This document shows, in pieces, positions 11,641 through 28,119 of a stretch of DNA of 64,000 bases (positions within the stretch are counted from its first letter, which is position 1; every line of letters starts with the position of its first letter). The stretch is taken from the NCBI RefSeq assembly GCF_009914755.1, contig NC_060933.1. The stretch is one strand, 5' to 3'. A program made the translations under genes and the position numbers. Under the pieces are notes generated by a model. The model made no database searches. It was not told the origin of the DNA and saw only the letters and a list, made by a program, of their open reading frames with translations. This DNA is from the human T2T-CHM13v2.0 reference genome, Homo sapiens.

Positions 11641-14319
11641 ATGTAGATTAAAAGACAAATTTCATCAAATTGATTCAAGAAAAATAGAAGGCCTTTAAAA
11701 ATATATTACAATTAAATAAATATAATGTTGCATTTTTATATAAGCCTCCAAAATGTTAAATGATTGTAAAATGTCACCTACATTGTTTTAACAGGTAATA
11801 TTTTAGTTTATAAATCTAATAAAATTTGATAAATTAAGGTAGGATAGCATAAGAAATTAAATTTGTAAGTAAATAAAATGCTAATGCACATAATCTATTA
11901 ATGTATATGAAGAATACATTATATTCTAGTAGAATTTATCCTAGAAATGCAAGGTATACTTAATATTAGATAGCTGTTAATATAATTCACCAGAATAATA
12001 AATTAAAGGTGATAGCTATATATATTATCTTAATATAGATGCAGAGAAAAGTCAAAATTTAGTACCGATTTTTCTTTATAGTCATTATCATTATAACCAT
12101 AACTCTTTGAAACCTTAGAAACAATGAACCTTCCTGACTTTATGAAAGGAATTTTTCAAACATGTAGAGAAAATATGGCACTGAGTTGTGAAATGATAGT
12201 TCCCCTTGCTGTTAGAAGACAAGGATGACTGCCATTACCACTATTAAGCTTTATAATAGTAGAATAAATTTTACTATGATAGTGAAAAAAATTCATTATT
12301 TTTAACAAAATAACTACTATAAAGTTATTATATCATAGCAATAAAATAGAAAAGATAGAGAAGTCATTAGGGCTGAATTCAAGGACCAGTTGTAATTATT
12401 TGCAGTTGAGCCAACACTCTGCTTCTAAACTCCAAGACATTCTATAAACTATTAGGATTAGTAAGAGTTAGGAAGGTTTCTGGATGCAAGATTACTACTC
12501 CCAAATCAATAACATTCCTGTCTTCCAAATATAAATTAGACAATGAAATTAAAATATATCATCCATGAAAGCCAAAAATGATAATGTTCCTAGGGATAAA
12601 TCTATCAGGCTGTGCAGAAGTTTTACAGAGGAAGCAATAATATTTACTGAAGGGCATAAAAAGACCTAAGGTAATAGAGAACTATACCAGATTTATAAGA
12701 AAATGTATATGACTTGAAGTAGCAAATAAAAACATAAACTATGAAGAAAAAGATTGATACATTTGACTAAGTTAAAATTTGAAAATTATATAAAATAAAT
12801 TAATAAAATACTAAAGATATTTGTAATACATAGGACAAATAAAATACTGATGTTTAGAATACATAAAGATTCCCTACAGATCAGTATAAATAGAAAAAAA
12901 AGAAGAAAAAGCAACAACAAAGTTTATAAAAAGGCCATTAGAAAGAAGAAATTTTAATGCCAAGAAATGTATGATAATATGCTTGAAGTCAGTAATAAGC
13001 AAGGTTGTGCAGACCAAAACAACAAGATACTATTTTACTTTTTTAAGATAGGAGAATTGTTAAAGGTCTGTTAATACAAAGTTTAGGTAAAAGGATCGAG
13101 GAGTTATAAACTTCCATACACTGATGATGGACTGAAAAATTGGTATTGCCATGTAAGAGAGAAATTGTTACAATTATCACGTAACTGTGAAAATGAGTAC
13201 ACCTTACAATCTAGCATTTATCTTCTCTGTGTAATATAATGTTGAATAAAAAAGTTAAATACCCCACATTCTAAAGGCAATCATCAATACAAGAGATATT
13301 GGTAAGACACGATGAGCCAACGTTGTTCACCCCAAGTTGTCACACCACATCACTCCATTCTCCAATGTTCTTGCCCAGGTCTCCAGAAAATAGAGTTAAA
13401 GGGAGGAGAGAGATCTTTAGAGGAAATTCGTGCAGGGTATTTTGGGGCAGGATGATGAAAAGATCTTAAATATGCACTCATCATATTGTGAACTACTTTA
13501 AAAAAGGGAAACAGCCACTTTATTCTGCAGTTATGTTATTAGTTCCTCAATCATGTGGACAGAATAAGTTAGAAAAATTCACAAATTTACAGGAATAAGG
13601 CAGGGGAGAAAGAGAGGGAAAGCAAATTTAAAGAGACAAAGCAGGGCAGAAAAAGAGGATGAGAGTGGAGCCCGCTACACTCCCATGTTCCTTTTGGCGA
13701 GGTAGGTTTCTTGTGAGGCAAAAGGAAAACACAGGAGGGAATTGTGTCTGAACCATCCTAAAACATCCCACATTACCGTTTTCTGCCCCAAGGAATAAGA
13801 GAATGCAGGGTGATGTGTCTCAGAGCCAGGCCTTGCCACCTACATTTTCTTTTCCTAGCAGTCAACGTCCCAGCTCTAGCCTGGGTTGAGGGAGGAGAGG
13901 AGGTGAGATGTAAATGGAGGTTGCAATTAATTAATGCTTTAAAACAAAAAGTTTATCTAAAATGAAAATGTTTAGAATTCGTAGAAGTTATTATGAAGAA
14001 ACTAGAAGGGGTGATTCAGCAGAATGTTGGTAAAGAGAGTAACTACAAGAAAATGCAACTATTTCATGTTTTATGTACATCTGAATTGAGACTGATGGTT
14101 AAACTCACACATGTAAAAAAGGCATGATGCAGGGATTTTCATTGCAGTGTTGAAATGGTGAAAATTAGAACAATGTACGTGCTCATTAATTGGGATATTA
14201 ACATGGATTTGAGTCAACAAACATGGCCACTAAGTTGTGTAAGACTACATACAGTATGATAATATTTAAAACATTCACTTAAAAAATATATAGTACTATG
14301 TTCTTAAGTAAATATATGC

Positions 14320-14639
14320 TTTTGTTGTTTGCTTGTTTAATGAGATAGAGTCTCTCTCTGTTACCCAGGCTGGAGTGTAATGGTGTGATCTTGGCTCACT
14401 GCATCCTCCACCTGCTGGGCTCAAGCAATCCTCCCACCTTAGCCACCATATTAGCTGGGAATACAGGTATGTGCCAGCAAGCATGGCTAATTTTTTTTTT
14501 CTTTTCTTTTTTTCTTTTTTTTATAGATGGGGTTTCAACATGCTGTCCAGCCTGGTCTCAAACTTCTGGACTCAAGCAACCTGCCTGCCTTGGCCTCCCA
14601 AAGTGTTAGGATTATAAGCGTAAGTCACCATGCCCGGCC
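14320..14639 (-). mobile_element. AluJ
   Basis: Antisense Alu dimer with J-type 'gggctcaagcaatcctcccacc'; ends 'gcccggcc'. Confidence 0.92.
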
Positions 14640-15147
14640 TACAAATATGTATTAATACTATATATGTGATAATATAAAATAGGCATAGGGAGGATATTTA
14701 TTAACAGTAGAATGGGGGAGGGGCAGTATTCAAAGAAATGAAGAGTCTCAGCAACGTATAATGTATTATTTCTTTCAAAAAAGAAAGATGTGATCCAAAG
14801 TTTGTGTAGTATTAACTTGATTTTTTAAGATAGTGAGTATCCTGTTATCTAGCATATTATTTTGTGTAATTAAATATTTAAAAGTTTTAAATAAAAATAA
14901 TACAAATACATTTTGAAATACTTGACTATAAAATTTAGTTGAAATTGTAATGTAGATAATGCTAAATTTTTAGACTTTTATTTTTAATTGACATAACATC
15001 ATACACATTTATTGGGTAGTTTGTGGTATTTTTTATATATATATATATACTTTGTAATGAGAAAAACAAAATAATTAACAAATCCATCACCTCAAATATT
15101 TATCATTTATTTGCAGTGAGAACATTAAGAATCCTTTCTTCTAGCTG

Positions 15148-15481
15148 CAGTCACGCATTGCTTAACCATGAAGATTTGTTCTGAGAAATGCGTTGTTAGG
15201 CAATTTTGTCACTGCATGTACATCATAGAGGGTACTTAACAAACCTACTTGATATAGCTGACTACACACCTAGGCTATATGGTATAGCCTATTATTTTTA
15301 GGCTACAAACCGGTACATCATGTTACTGTAGTGAATACTATAGGTAATTGTAACACAAATTGTAAGCATCTGTGTATCTAAACATAAAGGTACAGAAAAA
15401 TACACTATTATAATCTTACAGGACTGCTGTCCTATATGTGGTCTTTCATTGACTACAATATTCTTATGTGGTGCCTGACTG
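15148..15481 (+). mobile_element. Tigger3a (TcMar-Tigger non-autonomous DNA transposon)
   Basis: Ends cagtca.../...tgactg; internal 'ctaggctatatggtatagccta'. TA target site (tg/ta); host L1MA resumes in register. Confidence 0.92.
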
Positions 15482-16079
15482 TATTTTGAAATATAGAATA
15501 CATGATTGTTAATTATAATCACCCCCTGTGCAATGGAACACCAGAACTTTACTTCTATCCAACTGTCACATTGTACCCATTGGCCAAATTCTCCCCATAT
15601 TTTCCTCCTTTCTACCCTCCCTAGCTTCTGGTAACCACTTTTCTGCTCTCTACTTCTATGAGATCAATGTTTTTAGATTCCAAATATAAGTGAGATCATG
15701 TGGTATTTGTCTTTCTGTGTCTGGCTTACTTCACTTAATGTAATGTCCTCCAGGCTCATCCAAGTTGACACAAATGACAGAATTTCATTCTTTTTTGTGG
15801 CCAAGTAGTATTCCATTTTTTTTTTTTTTTTTTTGGTCTTTCCTTTATTTTTATTTTTTTAACTTTTTTTTTATTATTATACTTTAAGTTCTAGGGTACA
15901 TGTGCACAACGTGCAGGATTGTTACATATGTATGCATGTGCCATGTTGGTGTGCTGCACCCATTAACTCATCATTTACATTAAGTATATCTCCTAATGTT
16001 TTCCCTCCGCCATCCCCTCACCCCATGACAGGCCCCGGTGTGTGATGTTCCCCTTCCTGTGTCCAAGTGTTCTCATTGT

Positions 16080-18793
<2,714 letters not shown>

Positions 18794-18856
18794 TATGATG
18801 TTAGCTGGTTATTTTGCTCGTTAGTTGATGCAGTTTCTTCCTAGCCTTGATGGTCT

Positions 18857-19873
18857 TTACAATTTGGCATGTTTTTGCAGTGGCTGGTACCGGTTGTTCC
18901 TTTCCATGTTTAGCGCTTCCTTCAGGAGCTCTTGTAGGGCAGGCCTGGTGGTGACAAAATCTCTCAGCATTTGCTTCTCTGTAAAGTATTTTATTTCTCC
19001 TTCACTTATGAAGCTTAGTTTGGCTGGATATGAAATTCTGGGTTGAAAATTCTTTTCTTTAAGAATGTTGAATATTGGCCCCCACTCTCTTCTGGCCTGT
19101 AGAGTTTCTGCTGAGAGATCAGCTGTTCGTCTGATGGGCTTCCCTTTGTGGGTAACCTGACCTTTCTCTCTGGCTGCCCTTAACATTTTTTCCTTCCTTT
19201 CAACTTTGGTGAATCTGACAATTATTTGTCTTGGAGTTGCTCTTCTTGACAAGTATCTTTGTGGCATTCTCTGTATTTCCTGAATTTGAATGTTGGCCTG
19301 CCTTGCTAGATTGGGGAAGTTCTCCTGGATAATATCCTGCAGAGTGTTTTCCAACTTCGTTCCCTTCTCCCCGTCACTTTCAAGTACACCAATCAGACGT
19401 AGGTTTGGTCTTTTTACATAGTCCCATATTTCTTGGAGGCTTTGTTCGTTTCTTTTTATTCTTTTTTCTCTAAACTTCTCTTCTCACTTCATTTCATTCA
19501 TTTCATCTTCCATCTCTGATACCCTTTCTTCCAGTTGATTGCATCGGCTAGTGAGGCTTGTGCATTCGTCACATAGTTCTTGTGCCATGTTTTTCAGCTC
19601 CATCAGGTCCTTTAAGGGCTTTTCTGCATTGGTTATTCTAGTTATCCATTCGTCTAATTTTTTTTCAAGGTTTTTTAACTTCTTTGCCTTTGGTTCAAAC
19701 TTCCTCCTTTAGCTCGGAGTAGTTTGATCTTCTGAAGCCTTCTTCTCTCAACTCGCAAAGTCATTCTCCGTCCAGCTTTGTTCCATTGCTGGTGAGGAGC
19801 TGCGTTCCTTTGGAGGAGGAGAGGCGCTCTGATTTTTAGAGTTTCCAGTTTTTCTGCTCTGTTTTTCCCCCAT
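18857..19873 (-). pseudogene. L1 ORF1p, disrupted
   Basis: C-terminal half 'ENTLQDIIQENFPNLARQANIQIQEIQR...YQPLQKHAKL'. ATG at 19873; the N-terminal half is not open. Confidence 0.95.
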
Positions 19874-20691
19874 CTTTGTGATTTTATCTACCTTTGGTCT
19901 TTGATGATGGTGATGTACAGATGGGATTTTGGTGTGGATGTCCTTTCTGTTTGTTAGTTTTCCTTCTAACAGTCAGGACCCTCAGCTGCAGGTCTGTTGG
20001 AATTTGCTGGAGGTCCACTCCAGACCCTGTTTGCCTGGGTATCAGCAGCGGTGGCTGCAGAACAGCGGATATTGGTGAACTGCAGATGCTGCTGCCTGAT
20101 TGTTCCTCTGGAAGTTTTGTCTCAGAGGAGTACCCAGCTGTGTGAGATGTCAGTCCGCCCCTACTGGTGGGTGCCTCCCAGTTAGGCTACTCAGGGGTCA
20201 GGGACCCACTTGAGGAGGCAGTCTGCCCGTTCTCAGATCTCCATCTGCGTGCTGGGAGAACCACTACTCTCTTCAAAGCTGTTAGACAGGGACATTTAAG
20301 TCTGCAGATGTTATTGCTGCCTTTTGTTTGTCTGTGTCCTGCCCCCAGAGGTGGAGCCTACAGAGACAGGCAGGCCTCTTTGAGCTGTGGTGGGCTCCAC
20401 CCAGTTCGAGCTTCCCGGCTGCTTTGTTTACCTACTCAAGGCTCGGCAATGGTGGGCGCCCCTCCCCTTTCTTTGAATAGGAAAGGGAATTCCCTGACCC
20501 CTTGTGCTTCCCGGGTGAGGCAATGCCTCGCCCTGCTTCAGCTCATGCACGGTGTGCTGCACCCACTGTCCTGCACCCACTGTCCAGCACTGCCCAGTGA
20601 GATGAACCTGGTACCTCAGTTGGAAATGCAGAAATCACCTGTCTTCTGCGTTGCTCATGCTGGGAGCTGTAGACTGGAGCTGTTCCTATTC

Positions 20692-20702
20692 GGCCATCTT
20701 GG
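20692..20702 (-). promoter_or_regulatory. YY1 site of the L1 5'UTR promoter
   Basis: ccAAGATGGCC on the minus strand at its canonical position near the L1 5' end. Confidence 0.8.
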
Positions 20703-23523
20703 CTCCACCCTCCTTATCCATTCTTTTGTTGATGGATATTTAGGTTGATTTCATATTTTGGCTATTGCAAGTAGTGCTGCAATAAACAGAATAGTGCAGA
20801 TATCTCTTCTCCTTACTGATTTCATTTCCTTTGAATATATATCCAAAATGGGATTGCTGGATCATATGGTAGTTCTATTTTAATTTTTATAGAAACTTTC
20901 ATACTGTTTACCATAATGACCATACTAACTTACATTCCCACCAACAGTGGGCAAAATCTCCCCCTTTCTTCACTTCCTTGCCATCACTTTTGATTTAATC
21001 TGATTTGTCTATTTTTGCTCTTGTTGCCCATGCGTTTTGAGGCCTTATTCATAAAAGCCTTATACAGACCAATGTCAGAATCATTTCTCCTGTGTTTTCT
21101 TGTAGTAATTTTATAGTTTCAAGTCTTATACTTAAATCTTCTTAATCCATTGTGAGTTGACTTTGGATATGGTGAGAAATAGGGCCTATTTTTATTCTTC
21201 TTCATGTGGCTAATTTTTCCAGCATCGTAATGAGAAGATTGTCCTTACTCCAACATGTGCTTTTGATGGCTTTTTCTAAAGTCAGTTTGTTTTACACGTA
21301 TGGATTTATTTCTGGGCTGGGTATTCTGTTTTATTGGTCTATGTGTTTGTTCATATGCCAGTACCATACTGTTTTGGTTACTATAGCTTTGCAGTATATT
21401 TTGAAGTCAGGTACTGTGATGCCTCCAGCTTTATTCTTTTGCTCAAGATTGTTTTGGCTATTTGGGGTATTTTGTGGTTCCATACAAATTCTAAGATTGT
21501 TTTATCTATTTCTGTGAAGTATGTTATTGGTATACTGAAAGGGATGTCATTGAATCCTATTGATCACTTTGGGTAGTGTGGATATTTAAACAATAGTAAT
21601 TCTTTTATTCCATGAACACAAGGTATATTTCCATCTAATTGTGTGTTTTTGAATTCATTTCATCCGTGTTTTTTAATTTATAGTGTATATAACTTTACCT
21701 TTTTGGTTAAATTATTCCTAAGCATTTTTTTAGAATTACAAATGGAATAGTTTTTTTTTTCAGATAGTTCACTGTAAGTATATAGAAAAAGTACTAATTT
21801 TGTGTGTTGACTTTGTATCCTCCAACTTTACTGAATTTGTTTATTAGTTATAACAGTTTTTTTGTTTGAGTGTTTAAAGCATTCTATATATTAAGTCACA
21901 TTGTCTTCAAATGGGCAGTTTGACTTTCTCTTTTTCTATTTGGATGCTTTTTAATTTTTTTCTCTTGTCTAATTACTATAGCTAGGGCTTCTAGTACTAT
22001 GCTTAGTAGACGTGGAGAAAGGGGGCATCCTTCTCTTGTTTCAGATAGTAGAGAAAAAGCTTTCAAATTTTCCCCATTCAGTATGCTGTTATCTGTGGCT
22101 TTGTCATATACAGTTTTCGTTGTGTTGAGGCATGCACCTTCTATGTCTAGTTTTTTGAGAGTTTTTGTCATGACAGGATATTAAATTTTGTCAAATGCCT
22201 CTTCTGCAGCTGTTGAAATGGTTCTGTGATTTTTGCCCTTCAATTTGTTAATGTGGTGAATTACATTTATTGATTTACATGTGTTGAACTGTCCTTGCAT
22301 CCCTGGGATAAATCTCAGAGATTCTTTCAGTTGCTTGATCTGATTTGCTGTGGAAGCTCTCTATTATATTTCCTATTTTATTCATTGAATTCTTCAGCTG
22401 CAAAATTCCTGTTTACTTCATTTTTATGATATCTATTTCTTTGTAAAATTTCTTACTAAGATCATGAATTGTTTCCCTGATTTCATTTGCCTATCATATT
22501 CTCTTGAATTTCACTGAGCTTCTTTAAGGCTATTATTTTGTCTTTTTTTCTGGCAATTTGCAGATTTTCTTTTCTTTAGGGTCTAGTACTAGAGATTTAT
22601 TGTATTTCCCTAGTGATGTCATATTTCCTTGCTTTTTATGTTTTTTATGTCCCTTTGTTGATATCTGTATAGCTGGTAGAACAGTTATGTCTTCCAAACT
22701 TTACAAAGTGGCTTTCATAGAGAAAGAGTTTTACCTGCTGATAGATCTTAGTGTACCTGTAGGGAATGGTGACTTTGATTCCAAGTAGATGCAGTGTGTG
22801 TAGCCTTCATGCAGCTTGTTCAGGGACAAACAATGTCAGCGATAACTGTGGGTGTGTTAGTGACTTAGGTTAGAGAAGTTTGTGGCCATGATGGTGGTAG
22901 CAAAAGTTGTTAGGGTGCTTGGTGGCAAGGGATTAAGGGCTCTTCTATTCCTTTTTTTCCCCCACAATGGAGAGACTTAGCAGAGGAGATCCTTCTTGGT
23001 TTTGCATCTGACACAGCCTATAAGTAGCTTCAGTGGCACTAGGTTCCATGGCCCAAGTGCTCAGAATAGCTGTGGAGCTGGGTTTCTGATCTCAAGGTGT
23101 CATAAAGTTATTGTAGCACCTGGGGACAGGGCACATCACTGACCCAGCTCCAGAGAAGGTGTACTATGAAGGATTGGGCCCTGGGAGTGGGGTATACATA
23201 CCATTTGGGAATCAGAGCAATAGGGTTCACAGGCAACTCAAGTCCCTGGTGATGAGGCATTGGCTAGTGGTGACTCTGGACTCTGAAACTTGGCAGTATC
23301 ACAGACTCTGTGTGGCCAGGTTCAGCAGCGACAAGGACCCCATGATGTTGGATCACAGCTGTGGTTTCAGTTTTGGGGAGCAGGGAACATTATAGTGACG
23401 ACTCCATTCTATGGGGTGGAGGGTACCTCAGCAGCTTGTACTCTAGTGGGCTACCATGTTTCCATCATCAGGGAAACATGGTACTAGAGTTGTTTGGCCT
23501 GTAGGGTGGGTGTTTCAGCCTAG

Positions 23524-23990
23524 CCACTGCTTTGTCTCCCTGGGACATGTGGTACCATTTCAGCTCAGCCCTAGGATGTGCAGCTGTTCAGCTTGGCCAA
23601 AGTATCAATTCTTCAGGTGGCTATGTGCTGCTTTAGCTTGGGCCAAAAGGATGTGATTGCTCTGAGCAGTCCAGGCACCATTTACCTGGGAAGCTGGGTG
23701 CCACTTCAGTTTAGGGACAGGGGTGCATAGCCACTCTGGGCAACAAAGTTACCTTTTCCAATGAGGCAGGTTGCTGCTTCAACTTAGGCACTAAGGAGTT
23801 GATTATGATAGCTGTGGGACACCAAGGTACTGTTTTCCCAGGAGAAAAGGGCATTCTTTCATCTTTGGCACCGTGGGACATGGTTCAGCAGCTACTGGGT
23901 GGGGTATATGGAGTAGCTCTGCCAAGGTACCATTTCCCCAGCATGGAGTGAGCAGCTTCAGCTTGGGCCTGAAGGAGTGAGGCACTGCTC
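23524..23990. repeat. Degenerate ~75-bp tandem repeat (about 6 units) in the L1M 5' region
   Basis: Recurring 'ccaaggtacc.ttt.cc..g...g.....cttcagctt.ggc' near 23524, 23597, 23671, 23743, 23822 and 23922. Confidence 0.65.
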
Positions 23991-26404
23991 TGACTGGGAG
24001 GAATAGATGGGGCACCTCCACTTCCTTTTGGCCCCATAAGGTAGAGTATAACAGAAGCTCCCAGCTTGGCTTGGGGATGCGGAGCCATTAAGTGAGGGTG
24101 GCTTGGCAGCAGCAGGGCTAAGCCTCAAGGATGACAGGGTGTGGCCACTTGCTCCCTGACCAAGACACACTCCAGCAGTAGTTACATCTCCACAGTGGTG
24201 TAGTGTAGTAGCCTTGCAGGCCACAGCAGCTAGGGTACAATTTTGGCTACTTCTCTTGGGGAGCACAACTTTCTTGACTCCAAACAGCTCTCTCAGCTGT
24301 GCTTAGTGCTTTTGAGAACTGTAGGCATGCAAGGTGTTGATGAGGGCTGCTGGGACATTCTTGCTGATCTTTTCACTAAAGGGAGAGGTTTCTCCTGGTT
24401 CCCATCTGATCCTGGGCTGAGTGATGGGATGATAGAGGCCAGGTGTTTCCTTCTGTTCTCTAAGTGAATGTCATAAGTTTCTGTGTTCAACAGAGTTTCT
24501 GCTACCCCTTTGACGTACTTCTGTGCTCCCCTTATCTTCACTAAAATGTAGTTGTTTATTTGTTTTTGCTGTCTTTGTGTTGAAGATCAGGACCAAGGGC
24601 TTCTGACATCACCCTCTATAGATTATGTTAGTTCTTTACTTCCATGGGCAGAGAATCACTTTGAGCTTACTTCAGATATTTTCTTGTTGTCATTTGCATC
24701 TTCATGAGTCATTCAAAATTTTATTTCTTTGTATTTCCTTTGAGAGGGTTAAGTGTCATTTTACTTTCCTCAAGAAGTTCTTCATTAAAACAGAATCAAA
24801 CAAACATGAATCACCTTTTAAAATTTCTTTTTTATCCTAACCTGAAATAAAATTGAATATCTGAAAAAAGACAATTAGTGCCTCCTCTGCAAACTCAATT
24901 AAGCTTATCTAATTTTGATTTGCTATTTAGAGCAGGGGCTTATTCCAAGCTTTTGAAGGCATGGTCATTTTTTAAATATATTTTCTTGTGAATAGTTGTT
25001 GTACATCTTTAGACTGTAAGTCGATCTTTCAAGCCCTACTTTCCTTGTAAAGCTCTGAGCATGTTTATCATGACTGAGTAGTGACTCACAGGAACGTAGG
25101 ACCCACTGTCTATTTTCTTATGATTCTTACCAAAAATATCACATATGTGGCTAAATATCGTATGAGATAAAATATTTTTCAAAGACCTTTGCCCTGTACA
25201 TTATACTTAAAAATATAAGATTCATCAGGTGAGTAAAATTTTCCCTATTTGGCATGAGCATTTTGAAAGTCAAAATATCTGTTTCTGACTCTTATAATAT
25301 TCAGGGAGCAGTAGATACCCCTAACTGTATTTACCAAAGCAAGACATCAACAACTGGCATGATAATTTATTTTGGGGAAAGCCAATGCCTTTACAAATGA
25401 TTTCTACCAATATAAGAAGAAAATGGAGACATAAGACAATAATCAAGGAGGTAATTTTCATTAGCACAGTTATTGCCTGTCATTATTGAATCATATGTGC
25501 CTATTTGTGTAAGTGTTTGAAATGGTCTGCTCTACATTTATTTCTCTTGTGCCTACTTACTTTAGTTATTTCTAAATGTAAGGGAGATCCATAACAACTC
25601 TCAGGCAAGGCTTAAGAAAACTGTTTTGTTCGTGTAATCATACTTAAATATATATTAGAATATATATATATATGTATATGCACACAGAATTCTACATATA
25701 TATTATGGTCATAAAAGTTATCTAGGCTATATATTTATATTTGTTATATATATGCATATTATACATTTATGTTTAATTATCAGCAGTCTCTTTCTTCTAG
25801 CATATAATTGCATTTTTTCACTCACATTTCTGGTTACACTTCACTTAAAATTATATTGAATTTTGCTATTTCTGGTTTTTATCTCTTATTCATCATCCCC
25901 CTGCTGTGTTTATGGGCGCTTGACAGTGAAAATAAGATTCTTAGGTTCATGGAATCTTTATTATACAAAATGTGCATTAATGTCATTTTTATCTGCTAAT
26001 AGCCTCCATAACCAGGAAAAGCAATGAAAGGGAATGAAAATGATTATTTATTCACCAGCTTGGTAGAGCATGTCACTAATGAACCATGACTACAGATTGT
26101 CTGAACAAATTTCCAGGGTCAGGGAGGGTCCTATCTTTTGATTTTCTTGAAAATATGCGTAATAATTATTTACATTTTCAATCCACATTTATTTTAGTAA
26201 ATTGGAAATATGGTAGGCATCATATAAAGCAGATATGATGCTTGATAAGTGAAAATGCTATTAAATTTCTTGTGATTCACTATAGCATTATACATTTTCC
26301 ACTTGCTATGCAGTGGCATATTTAGATTCTCTTAAATTCTTCCATATTTCAGTTAATAATTGGAGAAAAATCTCTTCACATAATTTAGATTCTTAGAACT
26401 TTAA

Positions 26405-26520
26405 ATTCAATAAATATTGATTCAGTGTGCCTGAGTTCATGCCAGTTGTGTGGAATATAGATATTAGTAAGACACTCAATATCATCAAGAATTCATTGCA
26501 GAAGGAACAGCATGTCAATG
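26405..26520 (-). mobile_element. L2 3'-end fragment
   Basis: 'attcaataaatattgattcagtgtgcct...gccag..tgtggaatatagat..agtaagaca' resembles the antisense L2 tail. Confidence 0.5.
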
Positions 26521-26678
26521 AATGTGCAGAATTTTTGAAGAAAGTTTTTCTGATTACCTTGTCTTTATTGCTGGGATTACCACCAATTAACATATAGCAG
26601 CTAAAATTTCACTTGCTCTAAAAACTTTTTGTATGTATGTCACGTTGTGAGATTTTTTAGTGACCTAATACTTCCATG

Positions 26679-26730
26679 GTGTGTGTGTGTGTGTGTGTCT
26701 GTGTGTGTTGTGTATGTGTTTACGTGCGTG
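26679..26730. repeat. (TG)n microsatellite, imperfect
   Basis: Direct inspection. Confidence 0.9.
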
Positions 26731-27502
26731 AGTTTGGTTATAGTGCTTTATAACAATTATCACGTTTAGTCCATATGACAATTCTAAAATCAGCATATGT
26801 GTGTTTTTTCTTTCCTCATTCTAAACCATAGCTTATTTGACTCCCATATAGTACTGCTAAATTATTGCCATTGTACTTCTAGATCTTAAAGTCACCTTGT
26901 TTCACTGACTGAATGAATAGTTTCCTTGCTCAGGATTTTACTCTCAATTAGTGCTACTGTTATTATCCGTGATATAGCCAAGAAGACCCATCCATCACCC
27001 CCAGTTCTGTTTCTTGACTTCCTCACTTCCAACAAACTTTTAAAAAATCTCCTCTATTTAACATTCTGATAATTACATCCTAGACCTGTTCATATCCAGA
27101 ACCATAACTATATCAGTCTGACCCCTTCCATTTGCCCTTGACTCTAATTGGTCCACTACAAACTATTTTTTACCTAATGTAGACCTCCAACCTGTCAATC
27201 CATCAAACTTTTCCACTGTCCAGCCTCCATATGCTATCTTCATTTCTCTTTGTACACACTTAGGCTCACAACCCATTATTTATCCAGTTTTTTGCAAACA
27301 ATCTCCTGGACTCCCTTTTTTTCCTCTCTCCCTTCACTCTCTCTATCTGAGAACACCTTAATTTGGGTTGTAATATTCTTAAGTATTTTATCTTGCAACT
27401 ATCCCTTATTTCTCTGAAACGTTAGTCTCCATTTCTACTGAATTATCCCCATCAGTTTGTCAATACGTGCCATTTAAAGCCAATAAAATAAAAAAAAATT
27501 CT

Positions 27503-27815
<313 letters not shown>

Positions 27816-28119
27816 TCTGTTGACCCCTCCGTTCACACCCAACCATGGCTCCATTTCTCTGCTTCTTTTCACAAAAGCACTCCAAAAATGAGTTATTTCT
27901 CTTTCTTTTCTCCATTTCCTTGCTACTTTTTCACTCTTCAACCTACTCTACCTCCCTCAAGTTTTCACCTCTCTGCTACTATGTTGAGGTCAGCAAGGAT
28001 ATCTCTTAGCGCCAAATTTAATTTTTTTTCTGTCATCCTTTACATGCCTCACCAGTACCCTTGCACACAAATAACTGCTCCTTCTTGAAATACCTCCCTC
28101 CCCTTGCATACCTTTTGGT

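Larger units (their letters stand above)
10714..14900 (+). mobile_element. Very old L1M (L1ME-like) ORF2 to 3' end, fragmented by later insertions
   Basis: A-rich, with L1 ORF2 landmarks 'aactttatgccaat', 'atttatcctagaaatgcaagg', 'gtttctggatgcaagatta' and 'ttcattgcagtgttg'. May extend upstream to about 10050. Confidence 0.7.

Noticed and set aside
20167-20448. The 193-aa ORF as a standalone gene
   Set aside because: It lies antisense in the L1 5'UTR and starts at a non-ATG codon. Only the ORF0-derived part from 20449 is kept as a finding.
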